DNA from: Minisyncoccota bacterium
GTDB lineage: Bacteria; Patescibacteriota; Minisyncoccia; 2-02-FULL-40-12; GWA2-44-9
NCBI GenBank assembly: GCA_030583765.1
Contig: CP129474.1
Coordinates: 331,921 to 395,920 of the forward strand
DNA length: 64,000 bases
Reading direction: 5' to 3'
The notes beneath the pieces are model-generated. The model made no database searches and was not told where the DNA came from. It saw only the letters and a program-made list of their open reading frames with translations. Positions 56,077 through 64,000 of the stretch are shown piece after piece (within the stretch, counting starts at the first letter, position 1; the number at the start of each line of letters is the position of its first letter). The position numbers and the translations under genes are program-made.

Positions 56077-57133
56077 GAGGAACTGTATATATCCCAACGC
56101 CGCTTGCTGGGACCACGAACGCACTCGTCTCGAGCGTGTTGATCGCTATAGACCGGACTCCCATGGCCGTTACTGTGTCTGAGGGAATCGTAGAAACCTT
56201 TTCTGTACCAAGCGCGTATGACACAAAACGTGTTTCTTGGCCGCTTTTAACCACACAAAGAATGCCGGCGGAGTTTTTTCTCCAAGCACATAGGTGTGGC
56301 GAGGTTGCAACCCCCACCTCGTAAGATCCAGTGAGTGTAGTAATAAAAAGATTGGACGCTTCCCCTCCCTGTTGTGCGGTGTGTAAGAGCGCTTCGCCAT
56401 TCGGCGCCCAGAGTAATTGGGGTGATCTATGATGCGCTATAACACGACCAAGCTCCCCGCTTCTAGATATTAACAGTACGTCACCGGTCTGCGAGCTCTG
56501 GTTCTTTACGAGAAGACTCAACGTGTTTTGTTGTGGCCAAAAAAGATCTCCACCTAGGGCGCGCGTTTGTGTCCACTGAACGCGCTCGGACCCATCAAGC
56601 TTCTGGGTAAAGATACCACCAGGCTCCCCAGGCTCCAGCGTTGCTATGGAAAGGCCGTCGGGAGAAAACGCCGCCGCTACTGCTTTTTGCAATACTGAAG
56701 TTTTCTGCTCGCCAAGTCGAACAAACTTGAGCTGCTCGCCTTGGGGCGTGCGAACCCTTGCGATGAGGCTCGTTTTGAGTGGCGACCACCGTACATCAAT
56801 AAGGTCTGGTATGCGCAAGGAAAGAGGAACCTCTTCTCTTGTTTCTGTATCTATTCGATAAACGCGACCTGATGGAGTATCTACAAACAACACCGAAGTG
56901 CTTGTGGGGCCAGCGGTCATAAACGAGACGGTGCGCTCTGTGACGAGGGTGCCGGAGCTTTGTTGGGGCGACGGCGTCGGCCCTTCTTTACTGGGGACGT
57001 ATGCGGCGCCCTGCTGGAGCGTCAAAGCGACACCAGGTGTCTCGTTTGGGGTGTTTATAATATACCAACCAAGTCCGCCAGATGCGGAGAGAGAAAGCGC
57101 TATGAGTGCCAAGAGAAGGTTTCGTTGATTCAT
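56060..57133 (-). CDS. Signal-anchored beta-propeller-like (TolB/WD40-like) extracytoplasmic protein
   Basis: N-terminal TM MNQRNLLLALIALSLSASGG, then repetitive beta-strand-rich segments. 4-nt overlap with the upstream gene. Confidence 0.45.
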   Translation of the reverse strand: MNQRNLLLALIALSLSASGGLGWYIINTPNETPGVALTLQQGAAYVPSKEGPTPSPQQSSGTLVTERTVSFMTAGPTSTSVLFVDTPSGRVYRIDTETREEVPLSLRIPDLIDVRWSPLKTSLIARVRTPQGEQLKFVRLGEQKTSVLQKAVAAAFSPDGLSIATLEPGEPGGIFTQKLDGSERVQWTQTRALGGDLFWPQQNTLSLLVKNQSSQTGDVLLISRSGELGRVIAHHRSPQLLWAPNGEALLHTAQQGGEASNLFITTLTGSYEVGVATSPHLCAWRKNSAGILCVVKSGQETRFVSYALGTEKVSTIPSDTVTAMGVRSIAINTLETSAFVVPASGVGIYTVPLSGLQ

Positions 57134-57696
57134 GAAGCTGGTTTCTTTGGTGTTTCCGGCGTCATTCCGACCATTCCCGCTGCTTGCTGCGAGGCTTTCT
57201 TTACAACTGGGCTTTTCAGTACTGGAGCAATGATACTCGCCCCCTCCACCGCCCTCGCTGCCGTTTTCTTCACTATATCGCGAGAGGAGAAGAACATCCA
57301 GATAAGCACAATGCTTCGGATTGGAAGGGCTGAAGGAAGTGTCGGAATCTTTTCAATTCCCGCCGATATAAGAAACTTTCGCATCTGCGATTTCGATGCT
57401 GAAGTGACGCTAAAGAGTACATAAAGGAGGATGTCTGCACAGAGCCCCACGAGCCACCCCAATGTTCCGCCGGTAAAAAATTCTGCAGCATCAGCGGGGA
57501 TTGCAAGAAACGTGAGTCCAAAAAGAAAGCTCACAACTCCCATTTTTTTCTCCTCCTCGCCCCCCTCCTCTTCTACGACGCTCTCTGCCCTCTTTTGCGC
57601 AACGGCCCGTGCAAGCGCCTGCGCTCTGCGGGCTTCTTCGGCGAGCTCTTGTCGTTCCCAGTCTTCCATGGCTATGAGGCGTTCAGCTGGGCCCAC
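57130..57696 (-). CDS. Membrane protein with charged cytoplasmic N-terminus and 3 TM helices; T4SS-associated by position
   Basis: Glu/Ala/Arg-rich N-terminus, then TM helices. Overlaps the virB4 3' end by 25 nt. Confidence 0.4.
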   Translation of the reverse strand: MGPAERLIAMEDWERQELAEEARRAQALARAVAQKRAESVVEEEGGEEEKKMGVVSFLFGLTFLAIPADAAEFFTGGTLGWLVGLCADILLYVLFSVTSASKSQMRKFLISAGIEKIPTLPSALPIRSIVLIWMFFSSRDIVKKTAARAVEGASIIAPVLKSPVVKKASQQAAGMVGMTPETPKKPAS

Positions 57697-60055
57697 TCCT
57701 TTTTAGCCTTCTCAATTTCAAGCAGTTGGCGTGGATCGGAGGTGATGACCTGGTCTTCTGCGTATGACGCGACAACTCGAATGCCGATGTGGCTCTGTCC
57801 CAAGAAGAAGAGGCCAAATCCGACGCGGGCCTCAAGGAGGTAGTATTTTTCAGCATCGGTGAGATTAAATGTTTCTTTTACGACCTCGATTGCTGCCGTC
57901 GATTGTTTCATGAGGATTTGCATCGATGAGTTGGTCACAATTGCTTTTCCTTGAGGGCTCGCCATAAAGTCCGGAATATCTTGGGAGATGGTGGTGAGGC
58001 CGACATAGTATTTGCGGCCGCGTTTTGCGATATTGAACAAGAACTCAGCCCCGACGGGATATTTCATGAGCCACCACGCTTCGTCCACTACAAGAATGCG
58101 CTTTTTAAGCTCTCGGCGCACCTGTGTCCATACGTGGTTGAGCACGAGATACATTGCGATTGGGCGGAGCTCTTCTTCCATGTCTCTAATACCAAAGACG
58201 ACAAGCTGACTCTTGAGAGAAACGTTCGTGGGACGATTTAAAAATCCGCCGAACGTCCCCTCGGTAAACTTCTTCAAACGTGTTGCCATGGCCTCTGCGC
58301 CGGTCATGCCCTCAAGAATCTGCTGAAGGTCGCCGAGCACGGGGGCTTGGGCTTGTGAGAAGTCTGTTTCGGGAGAAATGTCTCTGATTGCGTATGTCTG
58401 AATGAGCGCCTCGTCTAAGAGCGAATCTTCTTGGGGGGTAAGCTGTCCCAAAAGAAGCTTCATGAGGCCTGCAAGATTGAGAATGTGGGAGTGAAACACG
58501 TCAGCCGGCGACTCTCCTGGGAGGAGGGCTGGAAGATCAAACGGATTAATGTGTTGGTCTGAGTTAATGGAGATGCGGACATTTGTCCCACCAACCGTTT
58601 CCGCAAGGAATCGATATTCGTCTTCGGGGTCAATAACAACGACCTGCGATCCAAACATGAGAGATCTCAAAATTTCGAGCTTTACCGTATAGCTCTTTCC
58701 CCCACCTGATGTTCCAAAGACTACCGCATTCGCATTGGGGAGGCTAAAGCGGTCGAACAAAACGAGGGAGTTGTTGTGTGTGTTAATGCCGTAGAGAATG
58801 CCCGTGCTTGATGTGAGGTCGAACGACGTGAACGGAAAAACCGACGAGAGCGGCTCTGTGTTGAGGGGTGTGCGCGCTTCAATCTTGTCTTCGTGGAGCG
58901 GTAGTGTGGTGAGAAAGCCGTCGAGCATTCGAAACGTTGCTTGCCTGGTGGTGATGAGTTGGTATTCCAAAAGGCTTCGCGCCTTACTCTCTGCCTCATC
59001 GAGCTCCTTTACGCTATTTTCAAAGAGTGTGACGTATACGCCAAGTTCAAAAAACTTATCCGTTCCTTGTTGGAGGCGGTCGCGAAGGTCTTCGATGTCC
59101 ACCATAGCTGTTTCAAGCACAGGATCGCGCACCTTTCCTTTTGCCGTGTCTTCAATAACCTGTGACTGGAGCCTCGTGAGTTGGTTGCGGAGCTCTTTAA
59201 GAACTGCTGCCGTGTCTTTGGGTACGACATAAATACCGATATCAAATGTGCGATCAAGGTTAATAAGCGGCGAAAGCCAGCTCGTATGAAGGTAGCGCGG
59301 GAAGGTTCCAAGGAATAATGTTCTTGCGAACCGATCCCCCACCTGAATGTAGTTGGGGGTTACTTGTATGCCGGATGGGGCAACGCTGTCGGCGATTTTT
59401 TGTTCTTGTGCGGTGGTCATACGTTTTTTTGTAGCTCGACGCGTTCTTTTGGATTGTACCACTCCGCAAGTAGTGAGCGGAGCTCGTCTTGAGTGAGTAT
59501 TCGTCCGCGCACCCCGATACTCACAAGCCCACTGATCAAAAGCTCTGCGCGTTGCGCAAGTTGGTTTTTATACGTAGCAAACTGTTGGTCATCAAACTTT
59601 GGCGCCTCAGTTTTTGCACTACGAAAAACATTTTTTATATTCGACAGCACTCCCTGCGACCCGGAGAGCTCGAGGACATAGAGCGGAATGACGATGTAAA
59701 ACTTTTTCGTCATGATGTTGGAGAGCGTAGAAAGCTCCTGCACGAATTTTGCATATTCACTTGCCTGTATGCGCAAGAGTTCGTTTTGCTGTTCCCCGAC
59801 CATAGTCTCCACCTCTTTTATATAGGCATCGAGAGAGAGTTTACGTGAATTAATCACGATTTCTATGGGGAAGTCGACAGAGTTTAAGATCCCCTGAAAT
59901 CCTTGGAGGATGGCCGCCTGTTCGTCTGGAGATCGGAGTTCAAAGTTTACCGCACTCACTTCGAGCACAGAGCGCAGCGAGCCGTTTTCAAGGACGATGA
60001 TGCCGTCTCGGATGTCGGCGACGTTTACAATTGTTTTAGTGGACTGTTCGGCCAT
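57672..60055 (-). CDS. virB4: VirB4/TrbE/CagE-family T4SS ATPase (Gram-positive PrgJ/ConE-like), split in two ORFs by a frameshift in an A7 run
   Basis: N-domain ORF 60055→59417 (DGIIVLENGSLRSVLEVSAVNFELRSPDEQ) and ATPase ORF 59462→57672 (Walker A VVFGTSGGGKS, Walker B VVDEAWWL). Adding one A to aaaaaaa at 59424-59430 (plus strand t7) joins them as ...RVELQKKRMTTAQEQ.... Confidence 0.8.
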
Positions 60056-60330
60056 TATTTGTATAGATACTTTTTAGGATTAAGCCCATACGAGAGCGCG
60101 TATGCAACATAGTTAATGAGCGGCATGTCCTCTATTTTTAAGAACGCGAACGCGAGAGAGGTAAATGCCGCAAGCGCCGCTACGGCAATAAAGGCGATTC
60201 CGTTAAGGAGCGCAAAGGCGATGAAAACTATAGAGCCCCCCATGGCGACCCACAAAAATTGGCGAAGCGTAAATGGCCCCACGAGGCGTGGCTCCGTCTC
60301 AATAAATTGTGGGACTTGGAATCGGGCCAT
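60055..60330 (-). CDS. PrgI/VirB3-like small T4SS membrane protein
   Basis: MARFQVPQFIETEPRLVGPFTLRQFLW then two TM helices. Located immediately upstream of virB4, as in Gram-positive and CPR T4SS loci. Confidence 0.55.
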   Translation of the reverse strand: MARFQVPQFIETEPRLVGPFTLRQFLWVAMGGSIVFIAFALLNGIAFIAVAALAAFTSLAFAFLKIEDMPLINYVAYALSYGLNPKKYLYK

Positions 60331-60336
60331 AATGTA

Positions 60337-60738
60337 TTATACCCCACTCTTGTTCCGGAGATCGACCACATTGTTTGTTACCTGTTCAGCGCTACCCGTT
60401 GGTGTGCCTAAGATGTTTTCGATTTCTTTTGCCGCGGCGATAGCAATATCATTTTGCAGCCCCCGCGCGACAAGGAACGACGGAACTTTTTCTAGTGCGA
60501 TGGTGCGCGTAGCTACTTCGCGGAGCGCGAAGGCAATGTCTTCGACTACATCATATTTAAGATTATATTGATCGCCGAATGCGACAAGTTTTTCAGCGGT
60601 TTCCTGCGCTACTAAGATAGCCTTTATGTTTTGAGGAAGGGTTCCAAATACAGCGATAAAAGCGCCCCTAGTCTTCGGATCCTCTTTTAGGCGTTTTGCC
60701 AAGTATGGCGCCGCAAAGTAGTAATTCAATATAGACAT
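60337..60738 (-). CDS. Hypothetical soluble protein (133 aa) within the T4SS cluster
   Basis: ORF with a tight 1-6-nt spacing to its neighbours. Confidence 0.4.
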   Translation of the reverse strand: MSILNYYFAAPYLAKRLKEDPKTRGAFIAVFGTLPQNIKAILVAQETAEKLVAFGDQYNLKYDVVEDIAFALREVATRTIALEKVPSFLVARGLQNDIAIAAAKEIENILGTPTGSAEQVTNNVVDLRNKSGV

Positions 60739-60739
60739 G

Positions 60740-63094
60740 TTAAACGATTATTCCAGCCGCATTGAGTTTGTCGCGATTCTCTTGGAGAGATAGTTTCTCA
60801 TGTACGGCGCGCAGGTCAGCAGAAGCCTTCTTCAGCGCATCTTCTTTTGCGGATAGCTTTTTATTCAGTGAATTTATCTTCCTTTGCGCGTCGCGTGCCA
60901 CCTGTTGGGCTTGTGGCGCATTATTCCCTTGATTTGTAGATAGCCTCTGCTCCTCTGCATTAAGTTCTTGCTGCAGGTCTTGGAATTCTGAGCCAAGGTC
61001 TTGGATACTGCTCGTGAGGGCGTACGTTTGTGCTACGTCTAGCCATAGCTCAAGTTTTCGTAGCTGTTCCGGAGTAGCGTCGTCCATGATTTTTTCAATT
61101 CGGTGACCTTCTTGAGAGAGCATCTTTACAAGCTGTTCGATAAAGACGCGATTTTCTGGCTTCGGATCGAGCGCGCTCGACGGAAGCTCCCGTATTGTAT
61201 TGTTGTTTAAGCCGGCGATAGCTGCTTCAAGGCCTTGTTCGAGTTCTTGCTCGGGCGTGAGGCCGCCAGGGACTTCTCGGAGCTTCTCGCCGAGCACGTT
61301 CTTAACAGTAATATAGTCTTTTATCTGTGGGACTCCCTGCTCATCTTTCTCCTCATAGGTTTGCCGTAAGATCTGCCTCTCCGTGGCCCAGTTCGGATCT
61401 TTCTTCTTTGCTTTCTTGAGGAGTTCTTTTATGCGATCGCGTGCAATCTCCGTTTTTTGTTCAAATGCAACGATCCGCTTTTCACGCTCCTGCTCGGTCT
61501 CTCCGGCGGCAAGCGGTGCGAGTGTTGTCTTGTCTGCGCCCGAGATTTGCGCCATGAGCTCAAGGGCTTTGTTAAGGTTTGGCGCGCCAGTAATCTCTCC
61601 GTCCTCAACCTGCTTGTTTACCTTTTCAGCGATCTTATCACCAAAAGCCTTTGCGGCGCGCGGAGATATCTCCGCGTACTTTTGATACACGTCGCGCATG
61701 CCGTCGAGAGAGAGCTTTCCTTTATCCAAAAGAATTTGTGCAGCAGCAAACGTCTCCGGGTCTTCGTAATTTTTCTTACGTAGAATATCGCGCAGCGCTT
61801 CAATAGAAGCGTCTTTGTCCTGGAGCGACTTCTTTTCGTCTCCAATATTCTTAGCAAACTGAGACTCACTTGCGCCAAAGCGTTTTGCGTTAGTCCACCA
61901 CTTCTGCCACTCCTCATTGGCCTTCTCTCCTTTATAAAGTCTTCCGAGCGTTGCGTCGCTCGCTCTCCCAACCCAACTCGTGCCAACCTGTCCCTTGAGC
62001 CCGCTCTTTTCTATCTCCTTTACTTTTGCTTGCCATGCGCGCTGGGCCCCCGTAATGCCAAGCGCGTCATAGGTCATCTGCTTTGCCTTTGTTGCGCCCC
62101 ACACAGCCCCCGACCCTGCCACGATGCCACCACTAATTGCGGCTGCTGTCCCACCGAGAAAGATAAAGCCAACAAGGAGGTAGAAGAAAACGACGCTAAG
62201 TGGGAAGCCAAGGATTCCGGCCCCGTTGCCGTATGGTTGCTGGACCTTAATAATGGCATCTTGTTGTGCAAGTACGTAAAGGCCAACATATAGACATAGT
62301 AAAAAGATTGGGAGAAAGGTGTTCCATCTGATATATTCACTCAGCCAACGATCCCACACCTTCTTCTTTAGGCTTGGAATTAGGTATGAAAAAAGTGCCA
62401 CCGGAGAGGATATAAGCAGTGCCCACAAAATGGGAATTTTTATAAGGACAAAAACAAATGCGATGAAAAATGAAACTCCAACGAATCCGTACATTAGTAT
62501 AGAAAAGAAAGACTTTGGGATACTCGCTGTATTGCTGTATGGGTCAAAGCTAAGGAAGGTTTTTATAGAAAGAGCCGGCGCGATGCGATCCATGGCGTCC
62601 TGCATGTTCGCCAGGAGTGTTGTGCTTATTGAATCAAAAATTTCAACCCCAGTTATTGTGATGGCGAAACTAAAATTCATAAGAATTGCTACCGCAAGCA
62701 CCTGAGGCAGCATTTTTTGGATGGTGTAGTTTGGCCAGAGCTTAAGAATGCTCGCATACGCCATAGTGATCATGGCGAGAATGAAGAGCATATTGACGAA
62801 GTTTCGCGCCAATATCCAAATATCTCGAATAAACGTGTATTCGTGAGTTGTTGTAGCGTAAACCAGCGCAAAGCCTAGGCCTTTAGCGAGCCAGGCGACA
62901 ATGCCTCCAACTATAAGTAATAGCGCCTTCAAGAATCCAGCTATAAAACCCGTGGCATTGCCAGTAAAAAACTCAGCAATAGTGAGTATGCCGTCAGTCC
63001 AGCTAGCTTGCGCGCCGGTCGGCATGAAAAAGACTACTCCTCCGAGAGTGATTATCCCCACTAAAGCTATCCTTTTTGCTGAAAGCAGTTTCAT
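60740..63094 (-). CDS. VirB6-like polytopic membrane protein with long C-terminal coiled-coil/charged extension (784 aa)
   Basis: Signal peptide, about 8-10 TM helices over residues about 30-330, then a Lys/Glu-rich coiled coil. Size and position match VirB6/TrbL/PrgH-type channel subunits. Confidence 0.5.
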   Translation of the reverse strand: MKLLSAKRIALVGIITLGGVVFFMPTGAQASWTDGILTIAEFFTGNATGFIAGFLKALLLIVGGIVAWLAKGLGFALVYATTTHEYTFIRDIWILARNFVNMLFILAMITMAYASILKLWPNYTIQKMLPQVLAVAILMNFSFAITITGVEIFDSISTTLLANMQDAMDRIAPALSIKTFLSFDPYSNTASIPKSFFSILMYGFVGVSFFIAFVFVLIKIPILWALLISSPVALFSYLIPSLKKKVWDRWLSEYIRWNTFLPIFLLCLYVGLYVLAQQDAIIKVQQPYGNGAGILGFPLSVVFFYLLVGFIFLGGTAAAISGGIVAGSGAVWGATKAKQMTYDALGITGAQRAWQAKVKEIEKSGLKGQVGTSWVGRASDATLGRLYKGEKANEEWQKWWTNAKRFGASESQFAKNIGDEKKSLQDKDASIEALRDILRKKNYEDPETFAAAQILLDKGKLSLDGMRDVYQKYAEISPRAAKAFGDKIAEKVNKQVEDGEITGAPNLNKALELMAQISGADKTTLAPLAAGETEQEREKRIVAFEQKTEIARDRIKELLKKAKKKDPNWATERQILRQTYEEKDEQGVPQIKDYITVKNVLGEKLREVPGGLTPEQELEQGLEAAIAGLNNNTIRELPSSALDPKPENRVFIEQLVKMLSQEGHRIEKIMDDATPEQLRKLELWLDVAQTYALTSSIQDLGSEFQDLQQELNAEEQRLSTNQGNNAPQAQQVARDAQRKINSLNKKLSAKEDALKKASADLRAVHEKLSLQENRDKLNAAGIIV

Positions 63095-64000
63095 TAGAAT
63101 TGCGGTGGGATACAGATGGCGTTTGGAATGAAGCGCCGAATGAACCCAGTCCCAGTGTCGCGGAGTGCGGAGATGTCAGAGTTCTCTTGGAAGTTGTCTC
63201 CTGAGCGGTACATGTTCACTTCTTCGCCATCGTGTTGGGCTGTAAATCCTGCAGCCCGCATTTCACTAATGACCGCAGTGTGGAATTTGGTAGCGTTTAC
63301 ATCTCCCGGCGCCTCAATCTCGTTTGGATTTCCAGGATTAAGACCAACGTCCTCCCCTGCGCGCGCCTTGTCCTGTACGCGGTCAATGGCGAGCGAGAGG
63401 TCGTCTAAATATTGGAACCGTGCCTTAAAAAGTTCGTATGCAGGATCTCCTGGGCCGCCAGGTGGCTTACATTCGCACCCTGGACCACAGTTAACCTGTG
63501 GAGGTGTTGATGCCGTTGGGGTGGGGCTGGTTGTCTGTGTTGGCATTGGAACACATCCGCTCGTTTGCCCGGGCGCACATGGCGGTAGCGGTGTTGGTAC
63601 GGTGTAGTCGCTGTCCGTTTCCGATTCATCAAAGACTCGCTCCACCAATCTGCGCGCAATGTTGCTTACCACAAGTTCAAGCTTCTCATCTACGACAGTG
63701 ACCCAGTCAACCTCTCCTTGGTAGCGGAGATTGTCTATATTCCCCACCGTTGTCCCTGGCGTTTTAATCTTTGCATACACTAAGCATCCAGTGTTGAAGA
63801 GTCCGGGCACTAAACAGCTTGATTCTTTCGTGTCGCCGCGCACCCCACGAAATCCTTGATTTGCAATAACCTCATTCATCTCGGCGCCTTCTATGGCAGC
63901 AACCTGACGACTCATCTCGTCGCGGAGGATCGCCTGAAGTCCCGCGGGGTTGTTTTGCGGTTCGGCGAAAAGTTTATATACCGTATCCCAGCCGCCAGCA
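63094..64000 (-). CDS. Secreted Pro/Thr-rich protein with paired Cys; N-terminus lies beyond the window end
   Basis: The reading frame stays open to position 64000 (...AGGWDTVYKLFAEPQNNPAGLQAILRDEMSRQVAAIEGAEMNEV...). TPTPLPPCAPGQTSGCVPMPTQTTSPTPTASTPP linker and CGPGCEC. Confidence 0.45.
   Translation of the reverse strand, partial: AGGWDTVYKLFAEPQNNPAGLQAILRDEMSRQVAAIEGAEMNEVIANQGFRGVRGDTKESSCLVPGLFNTGCLVYAKIKTPGTTVGNIDNLRYQGEVDWVTVVDEKLELVVSNIARRLVERVFDESETDSDYTVPTPLPPCAPGQTSGCVPMPTQTTSPTPTASTPPQVNCGPGCECKPPGGPGDPAYELFKARFQYLDDLSLAIDRVQDKARAGEDVGLNPGNPNEIEAPGDVNATKFHTAVISEMRAAGFTAQHDGEEVNMYRSGDNFQENSDISALRDTGTGFIRRFIPNAICIPPQF

Noticed and set aside
1-64000. CRISPR array search
   Set aside because: No run of regularly spaced direct repeats was seen. 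The only tandem repeats are the 63-nt x2 coding repeat, the 21-nt duplication and the identical 38-nt terminators.

Overview
This 64-kb window looks like a chromosomal segment from a small-genome bacterium, probably Patescibacteria/CPR-like. That placement is inferred from a short rpsA with 4 S1 domains, a type-2 IleS, VirB4/PrgI-type T4SS genes, a PilB ATPase, many tRNAs and about 50 % GC. Part 1 in brief: the window holds a replication-origin neighbourhood (rpmH-rnpA-yidD-yidC divergent from dnaA-dnaN-DUF721) and many housekeeping genes. These include ileS (partial), argS, valS, tyrS, gyrA, ftsH, rpsA, nusA, tig, infC-rpmI-rplT, rplS, ruvBC, smpB, PBP1A and a cysteine desulfurase. It also holds 10 tRNA genes and a tmRNA with its promoter and terminator. 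Part 2 in brief, beyond the housekeeping genes: (1) An operon-like, translationally coupled minus-strand cluster at 20358-24898. It encodes five paralogous small secreted two-helix (VirB2/TrbC-like) pilin-like proteins with Cys-rich tails, one fused to an M15 (LAS) peptidoglycan peptidase. Upstream in the same chain are a membrane-anchored solute-binding-protein-like gene and a SAM methyltransferase. (2) An unlinked T4SS-like core at 56-64 kb: VirB4 ATPase (split by an A7 homopolymer frameshift), a PrgI/VirB3-like protein, a VirB6-like polytopic membrane protein and secreted accessory proteins. (3) Two homologous elements of about 165 nt directly downstream of tRNA-Val(TAC) and tRNA-Arg(TCG). 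Each ends in a direct repeat of the host tRNA 3' end and shares conserved blocks (GAACGCCGGAGC, GAGGCGGTG, AGCCYGAGTC, AGGCGARG) separated by covarying hairpins. These could be miniature tRNA-targeting integrative elements or a new ncRNA family. (4) Several high-GC islets carrying small ORFs, each with a near-consensus sigma70 promoter, a strong RBS and an intrinsic terminator, including two identical 38-nt terminators. (5) A dense cluster of at least 9 frameshifts confined to tsaD and the 5' half of valS (16.0-17.9 kb), many at homopolymers. (6) A candidate structured ncRNA or MITE with 22-bp terminal inverted repeats at 46090-46262. (7) A tRNA-Ile with a UAU anticodon. No CRISPR array was seen.
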